32,000 bases of DNA from the NCBI RefSeq assembly GCF_000014785.1, contig NC_008340.1, positions 1,110,001 to 1,142,000 on the forward strand, written 5' to 3'. This document shows, in pieces, positions 23,727 through 31,300 of this stretch (position 1 is its first letter; the number at the start of each line of letters is the position of its first letter). The notes under the pieces were generated by a model. That model saw nothing but the letters and a program-made list of their open reading frames with translations. It ran no database searches and was not told where the DNA came from. Source of the DNA: Alkalilimnicola ehrlichii MLHE-1 (lineage in GTDB: Bacteria; Pseudomonadota; Gammaproteobacteria; Nitrococcales; Halorhodospiraceae). The position numbers and the translations under genes were made by a program.

Positions 23727-24083
23727 TTAATGCTCCCCTTTGGTGCGCAGTATACCGGCCAGGCGATTGCCCTGCTTCTGCGGGCCACCACGGGGGAAGA
23801 GGTCGTGCAGGTAGTGGTTGTTGCCCTTCTCCGGCCCCCAGTAGTTGCGAAAGTGTTTGATCATCACCCGCACCTGGGGCTGGACCTGGTGGCGGTAGTA
23901 GTAACTGCGGATAAAGCAGATGACGTCCCAGTGCTCGTCGGTGAGCACCAGCCCTTCCTCGTCGGCCAGGGCCTGCGCGAACGACTCGGACCAGTCGTCA
24001 AGATTGATGATGTAGCCCTCCGGATCCACAGGGATCTCCCGGTCGCCCACCCAAAGGGTTCTCGTGGTGGTGCTCATGGTCAT
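23727..24083 (-). CDS. TusE/DsrC-family protein lacking both conserved C-terminal cysteines (RspA-like).
   Basis: It is collinear with E. coli TusE as I remember it: DPEGYI..DWSE..A..LA..EG..LTDEHWDVICFIRSYY........VRVMIKHF...WGPEKGNNHYLHDLFPRGGPQKQGNRLAG. It ends ILRTKGEH where TusE and DsrC have LPKP-x-x-C-x. GGGAG lies 5 nt upstream of the ATG. Confidence 0.85.
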   Translation of the reverse strand: MTMSTTTRTLWVGDREIPVDPEGYIINLDDWSESFAQALADEEGLVLTDEHWDVICFIRSYYYRHQVQPQVRVMIKHFRNYWGPEKGNNHYLHDLFPRGGPQKQGNRLAGILRTKGEH

Positions 24084-24096
24084 GTGTTCTCCCGTT

Positions 24097-24507
24097 TTAA
24101 TGGGGGGCCAGGCGCACCGGACTGCCCGCGCGGTCGAATACCGCGTAGCCGGACAGATCCGCGCCGTTCTCCACGGCCTCGGCCATTTGCTTCAGGTAGG
24201 GTTCAGCCTCGTCCGAGGTGGGGAGTCGGCCGTCTTGGGCGGACAGGCTGGAGACCATAATCAGGTCCCAGGGCTGGCCCACCTTGTCGGCCTCCTCCAC
24301 CAGCACGTCCAGGCGCAGGTCCGCGGTCAGCTCCCGGTCGGTGGCCATCACCGGCACCAGGTGGCCGCGCCCTTCGATCACCTCGGTGCCCTCCGGCGGC
24401 GCGGTGTCGTCCTCGGGCTCGGCCCGCAGCAGGACCAGGAGCAGCAGCTGCGGGCTGTCCTGCTCCAGACCGACGGTCTTCAGGTCGTCGAAGCTCTTGA
24501 TCTGCAT
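24097..24507 (-). CDS. Hypothetical 136-aa acidic protein.
   Basis: The ATG has AGGAG 11 nt upstream, overlapping the ppiC-like stop, and there is a 13-nt gap to the next gene. The sequence is MQIKSFDDLKTVGLEQDSPQLLLLVLLRAEP.... Codon usage fits the minus-strand frame. I have a vague recollection of similar small conserved hypotheticals in other gammaproteobacteria and cannot name a family. Confidence 0.65.
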   Translation of the reverse strand: MQIKSFDDLKTVGLEQDSPQLLLLVLLRAEPEDDTAPPEGTEVIEGRGHLVPVMATDRELTADLRLDVLVEEADKVGQPWDLIMVSSLSAQDGRLPTSDEAEPYLKQMAEAVENGADLSGYAVFDRAGSPVRLAPH

Positions 24508-24521
24508 GGGTAATCGGGCTC

Positions 24522-25304
24522 CTACTGCGTCAGCGGGGTGGTGTCCCCGTCCAATTGGATGCCTTTGATGTCCGCCTCACCGACGAGCAGGCGCAGGTAC
24601 TGGTTCAACGCCCGTTGCCGGGAGACGGCCTCCAGGTACTCCGCGATGCGCTCGTGCACGGCCTCGAAGGGCAGGGCGGTGCCCGGGATGCGTTGCAGGA
24701 CCTCCACCACGTGGAAGCCATAACGTGTCTTAATGGGTTGTGGGGCGAGGCCCACAGGCAGCCGCAGGACGGCGTCCTCGAACTCCGGCACGGTCTCGCC
24801 CCGGCTCACTTGGCCTAACAGCCCGCCCTGTTCCGATGAGGGGCAGCGTGAGTGTGCGGTGGCCAGGGCGGGGAAGGCCGCCGGGTCGGCCTGCAACTGG
24901 CGGATGAGCCCCTCGGCGGTCTGGCGGGCCTGTTCCCGTTCCTCCAGGTCCTCCGGGTGGCCGGCCACCAGGATGTGCCGGACCTCGGCCAGGTCGGGGG
25001 TCCGAAAGTGGTCGGGGTTCTGTTCGAACCAGCGCCGGCAGGTGGCCTCGTCCGCCTGCGGGATGTCCACCTCCAACTCGATGAGCCGGTCGATCACCGC
25101 GTCGAGTGCCTGGTCATCGCTGTCATCCTCGGGCACCTCGAGGTCGAGTTGCAGCGCGCGCTGACGCAGCAGTTCGCGGAGGGTCAGGGCCAGCGCGGCC
25201 TGCTCCTGTGCCTCACGCGGGTCCAGGTCCGGCCGCTTATGGTGCGCCGACTCGATATTGATGGCGTGGTGAGTGATCTCCACGCCGTTGACCTCAATCG
25301 TCAT
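24522..25304 (-). CDS. PpiC/parvulin-type peptidyl-prolyl cis-trans isomerase associated with the nar operon.
   Basis: The rotamase domain is VRHILVAGHPED...HSRCPSSEQGGLLGQVSRGETVPEFEDAVLRLPVG..PIKTRYGFHVVEVL. It lies immediately downstream of narI, as for the PpiC-type gene after narI in Pseudomonas aeruginosa (from memory). GGGAGG lies upstream of the ATG. Confidence 0.85.
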   Translation of the reverse strand: MTIEVNGVEITHHAINIESAHHKRPDLDPREAQEQAALALTLRELLRQRALQLDLEVPEDDSDDQALDAVIDRLIELEVDIPQADEATCRRWFEQNPDHFRTPDLAEVRHILVAGHPEDLEEREQARQTAEGLIRQLQADPAAFPALATAHSRCPSSEQGGLLGQVSRGETVPEFEDAVLRLPVGLAPQPIKTRYGFHVVEVLQRIPGTALPFEAVHERIAEYLEAVSRQRALNQYLRLLVGEADIKGIQLDGDTTPLTQ

Positions 25305-25320
25305 GCTACCTCCCGTGCCA

Positions 25321-25349
25321 CCGGGGCGGGTCGAGTCGACCCGCCCCGG
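25321..25349 (-). other. Perfect 29-bp palindrome (14-bp arms) forming a strong intercistronic RNA hairpin between narI and the PPIase gene.
   Basis: The sequence is ccggggcgggtcga-g-tcgacccgccccgg. It lies 15 nt after the narI stop and 16 nt before the PPIase ATG. No U-tract follows on the minus strand, so it is not a canonical intrinsic terminator. Confidence 0.6.
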
Positions 25350-25364
25350 TCATGCGGCGGCCTT

Positions 25365-26060
25365 TCAGTTGACGGAGCGGACCCGCACGATCTGCCAGGC
25401 ACGCCAGATATAGCCGTAGGGCACGCTCCAGATGTGCACCAAGCGGGTGAAGGGGAAGACCAGGAACATCACCATGCCCAGGAACATGTGGATCTTGTAG
25501 ATCCAGTGGATGTCGTAGATGGTCGCTGCCGCATCCGCCTGGAAGGTCACCAGCCCCTGTGCCCAGGCAACGATCTGCAGCATGGTGCCGCCGTCCAGGT
25601 GGCCCATGGAGATTGGGATCGTCAGCAGGCCGGTGAGCAGCTGGGCGGCCAGCAGGACCAGAATGAACGAGTCCATGGGGTAGCTGGTCCGCCGCACCCG
25701 CGGGTCGGTGAACCGCCGGTGCAGCAGGATGGCCACGCCCACCAGGGTGATGATGCCGAAGATACCGCCGGCCACGATGGCCAGCACCTGCTTAGCGCCG
25801 GCGGTCAGACCCACTGCGCTGTAGATGGCTTGCGGTGTGAGCAGACCGAAGAAGTGGCCGAGGAACAGCCCGATGATGCCGATGTGGAAGAGGTTGATCC
25901 CCAGGCGGAAACGGGGGCCACCGGACATCAGCTGGGTGGTGTTGCTCTTCCAGGTGTACTGGCTCTTCTCAAAGCGCAGCAGACTCCCTATCAGGAACAC
26001 CGTCCCTGCGATGTAGGGAAACACCGCGAACGCCAGGTCGTGAAGGTATGTGGCAAACAT
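25365..26060 (-). CDS. narI: Respiratory nitrate reductase gamma subunit NarI (dihaem cytochrome b).
   Basis: A 231-aa polytopic protein. MFATYLHDLAFAVFPYIAGTVFLIGSLLRF...NLFHIGIIGLFLGHFFG...IHMFLGMVMFLVFPFTRLVHIWS is the typical NarI sequence. Confidence 0.95.
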   Translation of the reverse strand: MFATYLHDLAFAVFPYIAGTVFLIGSLLRFEKSQYTWKSNTTQLMSGGPRFRLGINLFHIGIIGLFLGHFFGLLTPQAIYSAVGLTAGAKQVLAIVAGGIFGIITLVGVAILLHRRFTDPRVRRTSYPMDSFILVLLAAQLLTGLLTIPISMGHLDGGTMLQIVAWAQGLVTFQADAAATIYDIHWIYKIHMFLGMVMFLVFPFTRLVHIWSVPYGYIWRAWQIVRVRSVN

Positions 26061-26078
26061 GATCAGAACTCCTCAGTG

Positions 26079-26774
26079 TCAGGCACTGTTGCGCGACAGG
26101 TTGGCCCAATTCACCGGCACGGCCTGTCCCTGATTGGTCTTCGGTGCGCCGCAGCCACCGGCCGTGGGGCCGAAGGTCACCGGTTCCTCGGCCCAGACGC
26201 GGTCCAGTGCCTCAGCGGTGTCGTCCCGCTCCTCCTGCTGCAGTTGGCGCTGCATCTGCTCGTCAGCGGTTTCCAACCCGGCCGTGTCGAGCAACGCCTT
26301 GAATAGCCACTGGTAGTCGCATTCCCGCTCCTGCAGGCGGCCGTGCAGCTTCTGCAGCAGGTAATGCGCCTCCATCAGCCAACTCAACGCCGCCGGGCGT
26401 TCCAGCCGTGAGCAGAACTCCAGGAAAAGGGGCACGTAGTCGGGCAGTTCCCGGCTATCGATGACCAGTCCCTCTTCCTGGTAGAAGTTGATGAGTTCCA
26501 CCATGGCTTGTCCCCGGTCCCTCGACTCGCCGTGCAGATGCTCGAACAGGTAGAGGGAGAGGGCGCGGCTGCGGTCGAACAGGGCCGAGTAGTCGGCCTG
26601 CAGATCCAGCAGATCGCTGTCGCGCAGGCGACGGACCAGGGCCGTCAGGCCCTGGCGCGTCTCCGGGGTCAGGGACTCATCCGCCTGGAACAGGGCAATG
26701 AGCGAGTCCGCGTGGGCCTGGGCCGCCTCGGAGGGGTAGTCCATGAGCACGGAGATGGCCTTCAGGGTCTTCAT
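26079..26774 (-). CDS. narJ: Nitrate reductase molybdenum cofactor assembly chaperone NarJ.
   Basis: MKTLKAISVLMDYPSE...LFDRSRALSLYLFEHLHGESRDRGQAMVEL...ELPDYVPLFLEF. It lies between narH and narI, with an ATGA overlap with narH. Confidence 0.9.
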   Translation of the reverse strand: MKTLKAISVLMDYPSEAAQAHADSLIALFQADESLTPETRQGLTALVRRLRDSDLLDLQADYSALFDRSRALSLYLFEHLHGESRDRGQAMVELINFYQEEGLVIDSRELPDYVPLFLEFCSRLERPAALSWLMEAHYLLQKLHGRLQERECDYQWLFKALLDTAGLETADEQMQRQLQQEERDDTAEALDRVWAEEPVTFGPTAGGCGAPKTNQGQAVPVNWANLSRNSA

Positions 26775-28354
26775 GACGTGCCCTCCTTCTGCTTCTCGGC
26801 TTCCTCGGCCGGCGCCGATGGCTCCTCGCGGACGGGGTAGGCCCGGCGGGAGGCCCGGCGGCCACCGAAGATGTCCTGCGGGCTGACACCGTTGCTGGCG
26901 GCGTTGCAGCCGTCGCCGAAGCTGAAGCCGCAGCCGGAGCGCTCGCCGTAGGCATCGTCGGCGGCCAGTTCCCGGTTGGCGGCCGGGACGTCGAACCGAT
27001 CCTCGTAGTTGGCAATGGCCATGATCTGGTACATGTCCTCCACCGTGGCCTCGTCCAGGCCGACCTGTTCGAGGACCTGGTGGTTGGGCTTGCCCTCCAC
27101 GGTCTGGCTGCGTTTAAAGTGGCGCATGGCCAGCATTCGCTGCAGGGCCGTCACCACCGGACGTTCATCGCCGGCGGTCAGCATGTTGGCCAGGTACTTG
27201 ACCGGAATGCGCAGCGAGTTCACATCCGGAATCAGTCCGTCGTTCTCGAGGGTGCCCGCATCGGCGGCGGACTGGATGGGGGAGAGCGGCGGGATGTACC
27301 AGACCATCGGCAGCGTGCGGTACTCCGGGTGCAGCGGGAAGGCGACCTTCCAATCCATGGCCATCTTGTAGACCGGCGAGCGTTTCGCGGCCTCCAGCCA
27401 GGCGTGCGGGATGCCCGCCTTCTTGGCCTCGGCGATGACCTCCGGGTCATGGGGGTCGAGGAAGACCGACATCTGCTTCTCGTACAGGTCCTGTTCCGAG
27501 GCGGTGGAGGCGGCCTCCGAGATCTTGTCGGCGTCGTAGAGGATGACGCCCAGATAACGGATGCGCCCCACGCAGGTCTCCGAACAGACCGTGGGCTGGC
27601 CCACCTCGATACGGGGGAAGCAGAAGGTGCACTTTTCCGATTTACCGCTCTGCCAGTTGTAGTAGATCTTCTTGTACGGGCAGCCGCTGATGCACATCCG
27701 CCAGCCCCGGCACTTGTCCTGGTCGATCAGGACGATGCCGTCCTCCTCGCGCTTGTAGATCGCGCCCGAGGGGCAGGAGGCCACGCAGGAGGGGTTGAGG
27801 CAGTGCTCGCACAACCGCGGCAGGTACATCAGGAAGGTGTTCTCGAACTGGCCGTAGATCTCCTTCTGCACCTTGGCGAAGTTGTAGTCCTTGGACCGCT
27901 TCTCGAACTCGCCGCCGAGGATCTCCTCCCAGTTGGGGCCCCACTCGATCTTGTCCATCGGGTAGCCGGTGAGCGCCGAGAAGGGTTTGGCCACGGGCTG
28001 ATACTTCGACGCCGGGGCGTTCTGCAGCCGCTGGTAGTCGAAGTTGAACGGCTCGTAGTAATCGTCGATGGACGGCAGGTCCGGGTTGTAGAAGATGTTG
28101 GACAGAATCCGCCACTTGCCCCCGGCCCGGGGCTCCAGGCGGCCGTTACGCACCGCCCAGCCACCGTTCCAGCGGTCCTGGTTCTCCCAGTCCTTGGGGT
28201 AGCCGACGCCGGGCTTGGACTCCACATTGTTGAACCACACGTACTCCATGCCCTCGCGGGAGGTCCATACGTTCTTGCAGGTGATCGAGCAGGTGTGGCA
28301 CCCGATGCACTTGTCCAGATTCAGGACTTTTCCGATTTGCGCCCGGACTCTCAT
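26771..28354 (-). CDS. narH: Respiratory nitrate reductase beta subunit NarH (4 Fe-S clusters).
   Basis: MRVRAQIGKVLNLDKCIGCHTCSITCKNVWT, CEHCLNPSCVASCPSGAIY, CRGWRMCISGCPYKKIYYNW and CTFCFPRIEVGQPTVCSETCVGRIRY. Confidence 0.98.
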   Translation of the reverse strand: MRVRAQIGKVLNLDKCIGCHTCSITCKNVWTSREGMEYVWFNNVESKPGVGYPKDWENQDRWNGGWAVRNGRLEPRAGGKWRILSNIFYNPDLPSIDDYYEPFNFDYQRLQNAPASKYQPVAKPFSALTGYPMDKIEWGPNWEEILGGEFEKRSKDYNFAKVQKEIYGQFENTFLMYLPRLCEHCLNPSCVASCPSGAIYKREEDGIVLIDQDKCRGWRMCISGCPYKKIYYNWQSGKSEKCTFCFPRIEVGQPTVCSETCVGRIRYLGVILYDADKISEAASTASEQDLYEKQMSVFLDPHDPEVIAEAKKAGIPHAWLEAAKRSPVYKMAMDWKVAFPLHPEYRTLPMVWYIPPLSPIQSAADAGTLENDGLIPDVNSLRIPVKYLANMLTAGDERPVVTALQRMLAMRHFKRSQTVEGKPNHQVLEQVGLDEATVEDMYQIMAIANYEDRFDVPAANRELAADDAYGERSGCGFSFGDGCNAASNGVSPQDIFGGRRASRRAYPVREEPSAPAEEAEKQKEGTS

Positions 28355-31300
28355 GCCTGTTCCTCCGCGTCGTAGATGCTCTCGTCGTCACCGTCCAGCC
28401 AGTCCACGCGGTCCATCTTGCGCACGACCACGAATTCGTCGCGGTTGGAACCGACGGTGCCGTAATAGTTGAAGCCGTAGCTGAGCTGGGCGTAGCCCCC
28501 GATCATGTGGGTCGGCTTGATGACCGCCCGGGTGACCGAGTTGTGGATGCCGCCACGCTCGCCGGTGATCTCGGATCCGGGGGTGTTCACCAGCTTCTCC
28601 TGGGCGTGGTACATCATCACCATGCCCTCACGGACCCGCTGGCTGACCACGGCGCGGGCCACCAGGGAGCCGTTGCTGTTGAAGCACTCGATCCAGTCGT
28701 TGTCGACGATGCCGACCTTTTTGGCATCGATCTCGCTGATCCACACGCAGGGGCCGCCACGGGACAACGTGAGCATGATCAGGTTGTCCGTGTAGGTGCT
28801 GTGGATACCCCACTTCTGGTGCGGGGTGATCCAGTTCAGCGCGATCTCCTCGTTGCCGTTACCGCGTACACCCTGCACCGTCTGGGTGGTGCGCATGTTT
28901 ACCGGCGGCCGGTAGCAGACGAAGCCCTCGCCGAAGGCGCGCATCCAGGGGTGGTCCTGGTAGAGCTGCTGGCGGCCAGAGAGGGTGCGCCAGGGGATCA
29001 GCTCATGCACGTTGGTGTAGCCAGCGTTGTAGGAGACGTGCTCCGACTCCAAACCCGACCAGGTGGGCGATGAGATGATCTTGCGCGGTTGCGCGGCCAG
29101 GTCGCGGAAGCGCAGTTTCTCCTCCTCGCGGGGCAGGGCCAGGTGGGTGTGGTCGCGCCCGGTCTGTTTGGAGAGCGCCGCCCAGGCCTTGACCGCCACC
29201 TCACCGTTGGTCTCCGGGGCCAGCGACAGAATGGTGTCCGCCGCCTCGATGGCGGTGTTGATCCGGGGCAGCCCCTGGTTGGCCGCCCCTTCCTTGCGGT
29301 GCTGGCCGTTCAGCCGGCCCAGCAGGTCCACCTCGTGCTCGGTGTTCCAGCTGATGCCCTTGCCGCCGTTGCCCAGCTTGGTCATCAGCGGGCCCAGGGC
29401 GGTGAAGCGGGCGTAGACGTTGGGGTAGTCGCGCTCCACCGGGACCAGTGCCGGCATGGTCTTGCCCGGGATGGGGTCGCATTCGCCCTTGTGCCATTCC
29501 TTGACGTCCAGGGCCTGGCCCAGCTCGGCCGGGCTGTCGTGCAACAGGGGCAGGGTGACGATGTCGGTCTCCTTGCCCAGGTGGCCCTCAACCAGTTTGG
29601 AGAAGGTCTTGGCCAGCCCCTTGTAGATCTCCCAGTCGGTGCGGGACTCCCAGCAGGGGTTGACCGCCTCGCACAGCGGGTGGATGAAGGGGTGCATGTC
29701 CGAGGTGTTGAGGTCGTCCTTCTCGTACCAGGTGGCCGTGGGCAGCACCACGTCGGAGTAGAGGCAGGTGGTGGACATGCGGAAGTCCAGCGTGGTCAGC
29801 AGATCGAGCTTGCCGCGAGTCTCCTCCTCGCGCCAGACCACCTCTTGGGGCTTCTCCGCACCCTCCTCGCCGAGGTCTTTGCCCTGTACGCCGTGCTTGG
29901 TGCCCAGCAGGTGCTTGAGGAAGTACTCGTGGCCCTTGCCGCTGGAACCGAGCAGGTTGGAGCGCCAGACGAACAGGTTGCGCGGGAAGTTGGCCGGGTT
30001 GTCCGGGTCCTCGCAGGCCATGCGCAGCCGGCCACTCTTGAGCTGCTCGACCACATAGTCCTTCGGGTCCTTTCCGGCCTTGGCCGCCTCCTTGGCCACC
30101 TCCAGCGGGTTGGCGCCGAGCTGCGGGGCGGAGGGCAGCCAGCCCATGCGCTCCGAGCGGACGTTGAAGTCGATCAGACTGCCCTGGAAGTCCTCTTTGT
30201 TGGCCAGCGGCGAGAGCATGTCCGCCACATTCAGCTTCTCGTAGCGCCACTGGTCGGTGTGGGCGTAGAAGAAGGAGGTGGAGTTCATGTGCCGCGGCGG
30301 ACGCGCCCAGTCGAGGGCGAAGGCCAGCGGCTGCCAGCCGGTCTGCGGACGCAGCTTCTCCTGGCCGACGTAGTGGGCCCAGCCGCCGCCGCTCTGACCG
30401 ATACACCCGCAGAAGACCAGCATGTTGATCACGCTGCGGTAGTTCATGTCCATGTGGTACCAGTGGTTCATGGCGGCACCGATGATGATCATGGACTTGC
30501 CACGGGTCTTGTTGGCGTTGTCGGCGAAGCGCCGGGCCACCTTGATCACCTTGTCACGCGGTACACCGGTGATCTGCTCCTGCCAGGCGGGGGTGTAGGG
30601 CTTGTTTTCGTCGTAGCTCTTGGGGGTGTTCTCGCAGTCCAGGCCGCGGTCCACGCCGTAGTGGGCGGTGATCAGGTCGTACACCGAGGCGGCCAGCACC
30701 TCCTCGCCGTCGGCCAGCTTTATCTTGCGCACCGGCACCTTGCGGTAGATCACCTCCTCCTGGGGGTTGGCGGTGAACCGGCCCAGTTCGTGCTCCTGGC
30801 CGCCGAAGTAGGGGAAGCCCACCAGGGCCACCTCGTCGCGGCTGTCCAGGTGCGAGAGCTGCAGCTTCGTCTCCTTGCCGCTGGCTTCCTTCTCCTCCAG
30901 GTTCCACTGGCCATCCTCGCCCCAGCGGAAGCCGATGGAGCCATTCGGGACCACCAGTGAGTCGCTCTTCTCGTCCCAGGCGATGGTCTTCCACTCGGGG
31001 TTGTTCTTCTGACCGAGCGCCTTGTCGAGGTCTGACGCCCGCAGAAAGCGGTCGGCCTGGTAGCCCTTGTCGGTCTTCTCCAGACGGACCAGGCAGGGCA
31101 TGTCGGTGTACTGGCGGGCGTAGTCGCGGAAGTAGTCGCTGGGATTGTCCACGTGGAATTCCTTGAGGATCACGTGGCCCAGGGCCATACCCAACGCGGA
31201 GTCGGTGCCCTGCTGGGGGTTCAGCCAGATGTCGCCGAACTTGGAGGCCTCGGAGTAGTCCGGGCAGACGGTGACGATCTCGGTGCCCTTGTACCGTACC

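Noticed and set aside
25305-25320. TGGCAC on the minus strand just upstream of the PPIase gene, as a sigma-54 -24 element.
   Set aside because: The downstream GC dinucleotide is one base out of register (TGGCAC-GGGAG-GTAGC), there is no TTGC, and the element would abut the start codon. The GGGAGG is simply the Shine-Dalgarno.
1949-31000. Many long ORFs antisense to, or out of frame with, the called genes. Examples: 1949-3097(-), 2908-3765(-), 3378-4391(-), 5055-6224(-), 7184-8254(-), 8294-9400(-), 9416-10975(-), 11028-11960(-), 13098-14195(-), 14349-15845(-), 20231-21136(+), 20683-22329(-), 24852-26306(+), 27080-28375(+), 29089-30960(+).
   Set aside because: All of them overlap genes with unmistakable family signatures on the other strand or frame. 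Their products are Arg/Gly/Pro/Ala/His/Gln-rich low complexity with no recognisable motifs. Long stop-free shadow frames are expected at this GC content.
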